Assembly: GCA_963699585.1 (NCBI GenBank)
Contig: CAVOUK010000002.1
Span: 264,811-328,810, forward strand
Direction of reading: 5' to 3'
Source of the DNA: Thermodesulfovibrionia bacterium
GTDB taxonomy: Bacteria; Nitrospirota; Thermodesulfovibrionia; UBA6902
Length of the DNA: 64,000 nt
Part shown: positions 37,577-46,214 of the stretch, in pieces
How the letters are laid out: each line of letters begins with the position of its first letter
How positions within the stretch are numbered: position 1 is the first letter of the stretch
Position numbers and translations under genes: made by a program
Notes under the pieces: generated by a model
Databases searched by the model: none
What the model was told of the DNA's origin: nothing
What the model saw: only the letters and a program-made list of their open reading frames with translations

Positions 37577-40500
37577 TTACAGTACCACGTCTAACGTCAT
37601 CTTCTTTCCCTCGTCCTTTTCTTTTCTCAATACTTCAACTTTAACTGTCTCGCCTGTTTTTTTATACAGGAGATAAATCTTGATATCATCTATGCTCTTC
37701 ATTTCTTTTCCGTCAAGCGAGAGTATGATGTCGCCGGTCTTGACGCCGGCCTTTTCGGAAACGCTGTTTTCAGAAAAGCCGTTTATCCTGAGCCCTTCTT
37801 TTTCATCTGATAATAAGACCATGAGTTTTGGCGAGGTTATGCCTTCAACCGACTTCGGGAAAATGACATAGTCAGCAATTCCTTTCTCAACTTCCGCATC
37901 TATCAATACTATCGCATAATCTTTCCCGTTACGTCTGAAAGTCCTCCTGGGTATACCTGAACCATATTCAATGTGTCCCATGCCGGCCAGAACGACTATC
38001 TGATAATCAGGATTTTTCATGAGGAACTCATCAATGGACCGTGACATCGTTTCATCCCACAGCAACTGGGATTGATGGAAGAAATCAAAATTCTTTTCCA
38101 CGGAATTTTTATGTTGATCGAAGACCTTCTTCAGCCTGTCCCGATAATCATTATCAGAAAAATCCATATCCGGCGGGATCTCGTTTTTTTCTTCATTCGA
38201 TAGTGAATCAAGCCCTTCGTGTGACACCTTCTCTATGATCTCGCGCTTCAGGTTCAATGCGACTACAGGTACTTTTTCTTTTTTGGCGAAATCAAGTATC
38301 GGTTTGTACAGATGATAGTCATAGCCCCATCTCTTGAAATATTCCGACTTTTTCAGAAAAGCCGCTTCATCCATCTCTCCTGATGTGAAGCTGTCAAGGG
38401 TCTCCTGAAACGGCCTTTGAAACATTTCCATCCCGATCGCAATTTTTTTGTTCTTTCTGTATATCCCCCTGATGACATCAAGCTGGACCGCGTGGTGTGC
38501 AAACAAATCGTGCGCCTCACCGACGTATACAATCTTTTTATCTCCTATGCTGTCAATGATTTCCGACAGCCTTTTGATTGTGGAAATATCCACTGCCGGC
38601 GCGTCTTCCTGCAGGTCCATAATTATTCCCCTCCCGGTGTGCTCAATTTTTTTGACAACGTTCCTGCCGTTTTCAAACAGCAGCCTGCTGTACTTCCCGT
38701 AATGGGCTATTTTCCCTGACGCGGCGTCCACTTCCATCTTTGATTTCCCGTTAATTATCCCGATGACCTTTTGGGGGTTCAAAGGGTTTTCTTTCACGAT
38801 AAAAGAAAAACCCGGACCTTCAGAAGGGACCTTTCCAAAAATTCTGCCTGTCAGCGGGTTATCCGGACCAAAAATGATAAGTGAAGACAACTTGATGTCA
38901 GAGTTTTTAATATCTCCTTCATCCATTTTCACCGGTTTATTGCTTTCGAATTCCTCTATGATGCTGCTGTAAATTTGCGCATTTTCCCGCGGCACGGCGA
39001 TGAGGAGACATTTATCGCCCAGAAGCCGGGCAATCACAGGGGCGAATTCTTGAGGGTCAAGCTCACGGGCGACATCATAATCCTCGTCAAAGACCACCCT
39101 GTCCGGTCTTTCCGGAAAGGAAAATTCAAAGCTGTTCTTTTCCTTATCAACAGCGAGAGATTCAGTTACAACCTCATTATTGATATATACGTTCATGGGG
39201 AGGGTCAATCGGTAAATTTTCCCCTTTTGAGTGACCGTGAAATTCAGTTTATAGCCGTTCCCGTTCTGGTCCACGTTCAGATCGTCAATACTGATTACAG
39301 GCAATCCTGTTCCATCTACCCATTGCTCGAAGAACCACGAAAGGTCCTGACCATAAAACATTTCAAACGACGCCTTCAGATCGTGCCATGAAGCCCTCCG
39401 GAAAGGGTCCTTTTTCACAACATCCGTAAGGGCGTCAAAAAACGCTTTTTCTCCGCCCATCTTCTTCAGCATGTGGAAAACCATGGCAGTCTTGCCGTAG
39501 CCGGTTGCCCGTGTTGAAGAATCAACCCGGCCCCTGAAGTCTTTCAATGGAAATTCGTTTTCTGCCGTAACATAGCTTTTGTAGTCGGTCAAAATCTGTT
39601 TCCTGTACTCCCATCCCTTATTTTTCTGCTCCTCGTAGAGGTGGTCCGCGAGATAGGTGGTCAATCCTTCCGCCCAGTTGCCTTTTTCATAATCAATGTA
39701 CACATAATTGCCGAACCACTGGTGCAGGATTTCGTGACCGAGGGATGTCTCAACAATAAAAGGAAGCCGTACAATTGTGTTTCCAAGGAGCGTAAAGGTT
39801 GGAAACGAATAGCCCGTAGGGAGAAAATTTTCAGCAACGGAGAACCTTTTGTAGGGGAATTTACCCAGGAGGCCTTCATACAACTGAAGATATTTTTTAG
39901 TAAACTCAATATACGGACCTGCAAGATTTGCATCCTCAGTGAAGAAATAGGCAAAGACTTCAACGTCGTTGTATGTCACTTTCTTAACACTGTATTTATC
40001 TGATGCTATAAAATTTATACTGTCCAGCGGATGCGGGAAATCAAAATAAAATTCTGTTGTATCGTCCTTCTTGATCTTTTTAATTCCCTCTGCCTCTGAA
40101 ACAGCCTCATATCCCTTTGGAAGTGTTGCCTTCAGGCTGAAATAATGTAATCCTTCTACTTGAGGGTACCATGCATTCGTGAGAGAAACACCTCTTGAAT
40201 CTATGACATTGCCTCCTGTTCCAGTGTTTTCACGGGGTCCCCGGTTATCCCTGAAATATGCCTTGTAACTTATCTCCAATGTCCCATTCCTGTCAGGGAC
40301 TATTCTTAAGGTCCTGTCATCCTCATTGAAAGCAATCGGGTTGTCATCAAGTTTTATATAATTAATTACAAGAGTTTCATCCCCCGCCAATAACAGTTCT
40401 TTTCCAGCGTCAGCATCAATTCTGGCAATACCTGTTATCTCAGAGGTTGAAACATTAATAGAGACATCCAGATTATATTTCGTTGCAGAAAAGGCCGTGA

Positions 40501-40582
40501 TGCCTGAAGGAAAGAAACTAAAGGCAATTAAAATGAATATTGTTTTTTGTAATAATTTCATTTCGTAAAGGTGTGATGCCAA
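37577..40582 (-). CDS. multidomain secreted protein: M1-family zinc peptidase + ChaN/Tiki-like domain + C-terminal PDZ
   Basis: GHEILHQWFGNYV...NWAEGLTTY (HExxH...E). KIVYVGEAHDLFAHHAVQLDVI...IAIGMEMFQ is ChaN-like. C-terminal GVKTGDIILSLDGKEM is PDZ. The start may be MKLLQK at 40561. Confidence 0.7.
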   Translation of the reverse strand: MASHLYEMKLLQKTIFILIAFSFFPSGITAFSATKYNLDVSINVSTSEITGIARIDADAGKELLLAGDETLVINYIKLDDNPIAFNEDDRTLRIVPDRNGTLEISYKAYFRDNRGPRENTGTGGNVIDSRGVSLTNAWYPQVEGLHYFSLKATLPKGYEAVSEAEGIKKIKKDDTTEFYFDFPHPLDSINFIASDKYSVKKVTYNDVEVFAYFFTEDANLAGPYIEFTKKYLQLYEGLLGKFPYKRFSVAENFLPTGYSFPTFTLLGNTIVRLPFIVETSLGHEILHQWFGNYVYIDYEKGNWAEGLTTYLADHLYEEQKNKGWEYRKQILTDYKSYVTAENEFPLKDFRGRVDSSTRATGYGKTAMVFHMLKKMGGEKAFFDALTDVVKKDPFRRASWHDLKASFEMFYGQDLSWFFEQWVDGTGLPVISIDDLNVDQNGNGYKLNFTVTQKGKIYRLTLPMNVYINNEVVTESLAVDKEKNSFEFSFPERPDRVVFDEDYDVARELDPQEFAPVIARLLGDKCLLIAVPRENAQIYSSIIEEFESNKPVKMDEGDIKNSDIKLSSLIIFGPDNPLTGRIFGKVPSEGPGFSFIVKENPLNPQKVIGIINGKSKMEVDAASGKIAHYGKYSRLLFENGRNVVKKIEHTGRGIIMDLQEDAPAVDISTIKRLSEIIDSIGDKKIVYVGEAHDLFAHHAVQLDVIRGIYRKNKKIAIGMEMFQRPFQETLDSFTSGEMDEAAFLKKSEYFKRWGYDYHLYKPILDFAKKEKVPVVALNLKREIIEKVSHEGLDSLSNEEKNEIPPDMDFSDNDYRDRLKKVFDQHKNSVEKNFDFFHQSQLLWDETMSRSIDEFLMKNPDYQIVVLAGMGHIEYGSGIPRRTFRRNGKDYAIVLIDAEVEKGIADYVIFPKSVEGITSPKLMVLLSDEKEGLRINGFSENSVSEKAGVKTGDIILSLDGKEMKSIDDIKIYLLYKKTGETVKVEVLRKEKDEGKKMTLDVVL

Positions 40583-40672
40583 ACGGACTATAAAACTTTA
40601 TTTGAGTATATCAGAATTGGTTTATCATATACAGGTGCTTGTCCAATTAATTTTATTATATGATAGTACGTA

Positions 40673-41164
40673 ATGAATGAAGATTGGAAGGCTAAAAACA
40701 ATTTTATCATAGGCATCATCTCTGACACTCACGGGCTCTTACGCCCGGAAGCTATTGAAGCGATGCAGGGTTCGGATATGATAATTCATGCAGGTGATAT
40801 CGGGAAAGAACTTGTCCTTGACAGGCTCAGATCTGTAGCTCCGGTTGTTGCTGTAAGGGGAAACACGGACAGCGAAGGCTGGGCGTATAAATTACGCAAG
40901 ACAGAAATCCTGGAACTTCACAAAACCATAATTTACGTAACTCATGACATTAATTCTCTGGACCTTGATCCTTCTGCATCTCATATCCATGTTGTTATCA
41001 GCGGGCACACGCACAGACCCTCTATCGGCAGGCACAACAGTGTGCTATATATCAATCCCGGCAGCGCCGGTCCCCGAAGGTTCACCCTGCCTGTGTCTGC
41101 AGCGTTGCTGAACATCAGGGGAATATCTCTTGATGCAAAAATAATAACGCTCATAAAGAAATAA
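40673..41164 (+). CDS. YfcE/MJ0936-family metallophosphoesterase
   Basis: IGIISDTHG, HAGDIG, VRGNTD, ISGHTHRP. Confidence 0.8.
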   Translation: MNEDWKAKNNFIIGIISDTHGLLRPEAIEAMQGSDMIIHAGDIGKELVLDRLRSVAPVVAVRGNTDSEGWAYKLRKTEILELHKTIIYVTHDINSLDLDPSASHIHVVISGHTHRPSIGRHNSVLYINPGSAGPRRFTLPVSAALLNIRGISLDAKIITLIKK

Positions 41165-41248
41165 TTTTACATATAAAACTATTTCTTTATCTTTTCATCC
41201 AGGATGTCTCTTGTTTTTTTCAGCAACTGGTTTGGTAAAAGCGGCGAA

Positions 41249-41280
41249 TAAAGGCAGGGCCATTGCTGGTCCTGCCTTTA
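41249..41280. terminator. bidirectional hairpin between convergent genes
   Basis: TAAAGGCAGG-gccattgctggt-CCTGCCTTTA with A/T flanks. Confidence 0.55.
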
Positions 41281-41318
41281 TTACAATTTAAGCTATAGCT
41301 TATTGGTTATCCCGGTTG

Positions 41319-42296
41319 TCATTCATGGATGCCTGAATGATGACCTCTTTCACTGTCATCAGGAATGCCGTCTCTGTTATGATCATGCTCGTCGATATCA
41401 AGGGTCCCATCGTTATTGTTATCGTCGTCCTGATAATCTTTGATACCGTCATTGTCGTCATCATCGTCACAGTCATCAGGGATTCCATCCTGGTCGGAAT
41501 CATTCTCATCCTGGTCGATGATACTGTCGCCGTCCCGATTTTCATCCTGACTGTCTTCTATGCCGTCGTTATCATCGTCAGGATCATCGGCATCCGCAAT
41601 GCTGTCATCGTCTGAGTCTGTGTCACCGTCCCAGTCGAGAATCCCGTCGGCATCGTCGTTTAAGTCAACTTTGTCGCTTAAGCTGTCGTTATCGTCATCA
41701 GGGTCAATCACATTAGGTTTGTTGTCATCATCGATATCCATATCATCGTCCTGATCGAGGATGCCATTACCGTCTTCATCGTCATCCTGGCTGTCTTCAA
41801 TGCCGTCGTTGTCGTCGTCGTTGTCATCCAGGTCGGATATACCATCATCGTCATTATCAACCTCTGACAGCGGGTTAATCTTTGGCTTTGCGAGCTTACT
41901 ACTAACTGTGATAAAACCCAGATCGATTGCCTGCAACCCTGCAGTCACTGTAAACTGGCTGGTTTTGCTAAGACCTGAAGCGTCCGCTGCGAACCTTGTT
42001 ACCGTCTTTGCCTTAAGCGTGCCATTTGCCTTCACTTTCTGAAATACTATCATCACTCGCCGGTCCTCAGGCACCTCCAGGCTGTAGTTGCCAATATATT
42101 TACCATTTACTCTTTTTATTACAGTCACAGGAACGGCAACGGAAGATCCGTCAGTAGCGATAGCTGTTGCTAAAATACGCTTATCAAAAGACCTGGTTCT
42201 TCCCTTGATCTCTCTTGCCTGGCCGACAGTAGCAATAATAAAAACACTGATTATTGCGAGCACTGCAAATTTTACAAACTTATTACCTTTCATCAT
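41319..42296 (-). CDS. secreted protein with extremely Asp-rich TSP3-like C-terminal half
   Basis: Signal peptide, then a beta-rich N-terminal domain of about 135 aa, then about 190 aa of DDDNDGIEDSQDDDEDGNGILDQDDD-type repeats. Confidence 0.7.
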   Translation of the reverse strand: MMKGNKFVKFAVLAIISVFIIATVGQAREIKGRTRSFDKRILATAIATDGSSVAVPVTVIKRVNGKYIGNYSLEVPEDRRVMIVFQKVKANGTLKAKTVTRFAADASGLSKTSQFTVTAGLQAIDLGFITVSSKLAKPKINPLSEVDNDDDGISDLDDNDDDNDGIEDSQDDDEDGNGILDQDDDMDIDDDNKPNVIDPDDDNDSLSDKVDLNDDADGILDWDGDTDSDDDSIADADDPDDDNDGIEDSQDENRDGDSIIDQDENDSDQDGIPDDCDDDDDNDGIKDYQDDDNNNDGTLDIDEHDHNRDGIPDDSERGHHSGIHE

Positions 42297-42554
42297 TTGT
42301 GACCTCCTTTTCTGCTAAAGATCACCCCGTCGATATTTCATAACAACAGGGTTTATTACTGCGGTTAATTATCAGCTTATAATAAGAAGTGTATACTAAA
42401 ACGAGGGTTTGTCAATAGGTGTGTAATAAACTATTTTAGACATAATATATGAACCTGTCTAACTTATAAATGGTCCTGTGAGATTGCAAAATTATCAAGG
42501 CTTGTTACACTTATAAATAAAGGAACAGCCCTGCCCTGCAATTTCAGTTTGAAT

Positions 42555-43258
42555 TTAATAAGTTGCTTTAATTTCAGCTTCTACTAATTCTTTTAATTGA
42601 TCGTAGCCAAAGCTTGGAAGCGGCTTCCCATTTACAAAAAATTCAGGTGTCTGCCTGACATTGAGGGTGTCAGCATCTGCAAGGTCCTGCTCAATATGTT
42701 TAGCAATTTCAGGATCATTCATATCATTTCTGATTTGTTCAATATTCAGTCCTGCCTCAGGAAGAAATTGCCATATTAATTCAGGCTGGGGATTATGATG
42801 GCTTGCCCATTATGTTGACTATTAAACATGACCTCCAAAGTTTCCCGATACTTTCCCTGTTTCCTCGCCGCTTCAAGTATCTTAACAAAATAATCTGAGC
42901 CCGGATGAAAAGGGGCGTATCTGACAACAAGCTTCATTTTGCCCTGGTTTGCAGCCATCAGGTTTTTAACTAAAGGATAAAAATCTCTGCAGGTTTCACA
43001 CGCAGGGTCAAAAAATTCTACGATATAAACTTTTGCGTCATCACTGCCAAGCGTCAGTGAATAATCTCTGACAAACGTTGAAGCGTTTTCTCTGGCCATA
43101 AAGCTTAGTTTTGTTGATTGCCGGCTTTTGTAGAAATAGCTGCCAAGCACAAACACGATTACCAGGAAGACCGATGCAATTAAAACTATATTTTGTTTTT
43201 TCATTGTTTTCTGTTTTTCAATTGTCTTCTGCTTCTTTATTGTTTTTTGCTTTTTCAT
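42555..43258 (-). CDS. DsbA-family thiol:disulfide oxidoreductase, frameshifted near 42800
   Basis: FFDPACETCRDFYP active site. The C-terminus ...QTPEFFVNGKPLPSFGYDQLKELVEAEIKATY* is in another frame. N-terminal KKQKTI x3 comes from 18-nt repeats. Confidence 0.75.
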
Positions 43259-43704
43259 TCAGAAAGCCTCCTCTTTAACATAAATAATAGTACTACAATG
43301 GCTGAAAATGACATTAACGATAGCATAGGAATTGTGAAAATGCCAAACAGGTTGATGTAGTCCTCTGTGCATGAAACACCTTTACTGCAGGGTTGTATGC
43401 TTTCAGGGATAATCCCGGTATAAAGAAGGTTATGATAAAGTGCGATAAACCATCCTGCCAAAGCTAATGGAAGGGCAAACTTAACAACGCTTTTATCAAA
43501 GGAAAAGAGCCCCATTGATAAAATCAAAACTAAGGGGAACAAACAAATTCTCTGATACCAGCACAAAACACAGGGAGCAAATTTCATTATTTCGCTAAAA
43601 AACAGACTCCCCAGTGAAGAGGTACTGGCTATCAGCCAGCATAGAAAAAGAATAGTCCAGTTTGAATTGGACGTTTGATCTGAATGAGGCATATTTTTAT
43701 TCAC
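43255..43704 (-). CDS. DsbB/BdbC-family disulfide bond formation protein
   Basis: APCVLCWYQRI and a second Cys pair CSKGVSC. 4 TM segments. ATGA overlap with the dsbA-like gene. Confidence 0.8.
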   Translation of the reverse strand: MNKNMPHSDQTSNSNWTILFLCWLIASTSSLGSLFFSEIMKFAPCVLCWYQRICLFPLVLILSMGLFSFDKSVVKFALPLALAGWFIALYHNLLYTGIIPESIQPCSKGVSCTEDYINLFGIFTIPMLSLMSFSAIVVLLFMLKRRLSE

Positions 43705-43810
43705 CCTAATTGCTTAACTCTTTTAAATGCATTCATGAAGACCAATGTTACAAACTGATTTAAGACAGGTCCCGGACAAGCCGAAATGACAAAATGGCAG
43801 GTTATAAGTT

Positions 43811-44767
43811 TTAATTTCTGCTGAATCTTCTAAACCCTGAACAGGGAATTATCTTGATCTTCCCCTTCTTTTGCACTGCATCGAGTATCAGATTCATCCC
43901 GACATTATCGCTTGAGATATGGCCGGCTATCACTACGTTCATATGGCGTTTTTCAGCCTCTTTTCTGTGCTCCTCACTGAGATGCATTCCCACTATCGTA
44001 TTCACTCCCGAGTTAGCAAGGCTCTCAAATATATCTTTTGCACCTTCGGTACCGCCGGTCATGTCAACAAAGATCCTGCCGGCGCTTCTTTCTTTGGAGC
44101 CAAGGAGGATCCTGGGGCCTGTATTATTCTTTTGGGCCTCCCGATATTCCGGGATTTCCTTCACAATCTTAACAACATCATTAAGTGTATCCGGCTTCTT
44201 CCTGTCAAAATTTTTCTGAAGGTAACTCACTACCATATTGTCTGCCGGGGTATGCACGCACATGAAAGGTATATCAAGAAGTCGGGCCGCATCAACCGCG
44301 CGGGCATGATTAGCAGGCGAAAGCCTTCTTTCGACCTCCCTGATCCTGCCTTCAAGCAGACCCTCTGCGATGTTAATAGGGACACCGAACTTACTAAGTA
44401 TGTCCGCCTGCATATGCATGACCTCGTAAAAATTGGCAAAGGCCCTTCCTGACGGATGATGCGAGATGATCAGGTCAATTTTGGTCCCTTTTGAGGAAAG
44501 CCTGTCGGCAAGAAGTATTTCCGCAACATCCATATCAATACCCACAAGCGCTGTGCTGATCTCCTCTTTGCCTGTACCGTGCAGTATTCTCGTATCAGCA
44601 TAAGGATTGGTAAGAGTTTCTTTATCAAAAAACTCCCTTTCCTCTTCCTTCATTTCTCTATGTGTCTTTTTCTGCTTTTCGAGGGATTTCAGCACCTTTT
44701 TTTTGCCTCTTGGGTCAGCATCAATCCCCGTGGCAACTAATGTTTCGTATATCTTCTTAAGCTGCAC
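43811..44767 (-). CDS. NIF3-like (dinuclear metal centre) family protein (tentative)
   Basis: DLIISHHP and ...NVVIAGHISSD motifs, 318 aa. Confidence 0.45.
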   Translation of the reverse strand: MQLKKIYETLVATGIDADPRGKKKVLKSLEKQKKTHREMKEEEREFFDKETLTNPYADTRILHGTGKEEISTALVGIDMDVAEILLADRLSSKGTKIDLIISHHPSGRAFANFYEVMHMQADILSKFGVPINIAEGLLEGRIREVERRLSPANHARAVDAARLLDIPFMCVHTPADNMVVSYLQKNFDRKKPDTLNDVVKIVKEIPEYREAQKNNTGPRILLGSKERSAGRIFVDMTGGTEGAKDIFESLANSGVNTIVGMHLSEEHRKEAEKRHMNVVIAGHISSDNVGMNLILDAVQKKGKIKIIPCSGFRRFSRN

Positions 44768-45215
44768 CTGTAGCCTCCAGCATCTCCTTCACAAGATTAC
44801 TTACAAGCTTGCCGTCAGCCAGTCCTTTTGTCTTTGCCATCACAGCTTTCATCACCTTGCCCATCTCCTTTGGCCCGGCCGCGCCGGTTTCACTGATAAT
44901 CTCTTTGACTAATTTTCTGATTTCATCTTCACCAGGCGGCTGGGGCAAATAACCCTGCATTATCGAGAGTTCTTCTTTCTCTTTTTCTGCAAGGTCCATC
45001 CTGCCGGCCTTTGAAAATTGTTCTATTGATTCATTGGCCCGTTTGACGAATGATCTGAAAACCGCAAATATTTCATCATCTGAAAGAAGTGAGCCTTTTT
45101 CTATCTCCCGGTTTTTTACAGCCGCCTTGATCATCCTCAATATGGAGACCCTGCTCTTGTCTCCGGACCTTAGGGCATCCTTGTAATCATCAGATAATTT
45201 TTCAGAGAATTGCAC
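44757..45215 (-). CDS. GatB/YqeY-domain protein
   Basis: DALRSGDKSRVSILRMIKAAVKNREIE...GPKEMGKVMKAVMAK. Confidence 0.85.
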   Translation of the reverse strand: MQFSEKLSDDYKDALRSGDKSRVSILRMIKAAVKNREIEKGSLLSDDEIFAVFRSFVKRANESIEQFSKAGRMDLAEKEKEELSIMQGYLPQPPGEDEIRKLVKEIISETGAAGPKEMGKVMKAVMAKTKGLADGKLVSNLVKEMLEATGAA

Positions 45216-45217
45216 TG

Positions 45218-45418
45218 CTACCTCGAATAAGGCGTTTTAAATCTTTTTACGGCCTTTTTTCTGGCGGCTATCGCTTTCTTTTTCTTTTTTACGCTTGGCT
45301 TATCGTAATGTTCTCTTCTCTTGATCTCGGAGAGGATCCCTTCTCTTTCGCACTGTTTCTTGAACTTGCGAAGAGCATTCTCAAAAGACTCGTTGTCTCC
45401 AATTCTTACATATGGCAT
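45218..45418 (-). CDS. rpsU: 30S ribosomal protein S21
   Basis: [33 protein letters not shown]. Confidence 0.95.
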   Translation of the reverse strand: MPYVRIGDNESFENALRKFKKQCEREGILSEIKRREHYDKPSVKKKKKAIAARKKAVKRFKTPYSR

Positions 45419-45505
45419 TCAGATCACCTCCCTTTTGACAATAGTAAGGATAATATACATTTTATCAATGAGTTAAAGCAAGGGGCACACTTGGGTTGGC
45501 TGGAA

Positions 45506-45856
45506 TTATTTTACAATCCCATTCTTTTCATCAACTTTAATAATGATAGGAGAATGATCCTTTATCTCATCCTCCGGGTAATATCCGTATGAAAATATTA
45601 TAATTATATCACCCATGGCCCCTTTTCTTGCCGTGGGACCATTAAGACAAACAATCCCTGAATTTCGCCCCCCCGGAATAACATATGTTTCAAATCTCTC
45701 GCCATTGTTTAAATTACTGACACTGACCTGCTCATACGGTTTTATTTTTGCAGCAGCAAGCAGCGCCTCATCAATAGTCAGGCTGCCCTCATAAGCAAGA
45801 TTGGAATCTGTTACCGTAGCCCTGTGTATTTTGGCTCTAAGCATACACCTTAGCAT
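45506..45856 (-). CDS. panD: aspartate 1-decarboxylase
   Basis: MLRAKIHRATVT...YEGSLTID...NGERFETYVI. Confidence 0.95.
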   Translation of the reverse strand: MLRCMLRAKIHRATVTDSNLAYEGSLTIDEALLAAAKIKPYEQVSVSNLNNGERFETYVIPGGRNSGIVCLNGPTARKGAMGDIIIIFSYGYYPEDEIKDHSPIIIKVDEKNGIVK

Positions 45857-45905
45857 AAGGCCCCCGACAAATGAAGTGTGAAAGAAGCAAAGTTGCTGAG
45901 TTTTT

Positions 45906-45933
45906 GCTGACTGCTGACTGCTGACTGCTGACT
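45906..45933. repeat. heptamer microsatellite (GCTGACT)x4 between gatC and panD
   Basis: Read directly. The reverse complement AGTCAGC matches 6/7 with the AGTCAGT array at 50366-50397. Confidence 0.8.
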
Positions 45934-45941
45934 CTTTTCTG

Positions 45942-46214
45942 TCATTCTATTATCTTTGGTACTCTGTAGAAACTTCCGTCTCTTTCGGGTGCATTCTGCA
46001 TTGCCTTATCCTCAGGAAGGGATGCGGTCGTGTTATCTTCCCTGAAAACATTTCTTAAGGGAAGTATGTGGGCCGTAGGTTCAACGTTCGTTGTATCCAG
46101 TTCATTCAACTGGTCCATATAATTAATTATTTTGTCAACCTGTCCTGGGAAAAGCCCTTTTTCACTTTCGGTAAGTTTTAGCCTTGCGAGCAGGACCACA
46201 TGCTCAAGCTCCAT
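45942..46214 (-). CDS. gatC: Asp/Glu-tRNA amidotransferase subunit C
   Basis: VVLLARLKLTESEK...LDTTNVEPTAHILPLRNVFRED. Confidence 0.9.
   Translation of the reverse strand: MELEHVVLLARLKLTESEKGLFPGQVDKIINYMDQLNELDTTNVEPTAHILPLRNVFREDNTTASLPEDKAMQNAPERDGSFYRVPKIIE

Noticed and set aside
41337-42318. Plus-strand ORFs (41337-41615, 41560-41754, 41761-42042, 42088-42318) and the alternative minus-frame ORF 41300-41545 within the Asp-rich gene.
   Set aside because: These are antisense or off-frame shadows of GAT/GAC-rich repeats. Only the 41319-42296 minus-strand frame has a signal peptide and a coherent domain structure.
43190-43258. In-frame 18-nt tandem repeats giving an MKKQKTIKKQKTIEKQKT N-terminus on the DsbA-like protein.
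   Set aside because: The repeats are real at the DNA level. They probably lie upstream of the functional start (MKKQNIVLIASVF..., the signal anchor), and they overlap the dsbB-like 3' end. I attach no functional claim.
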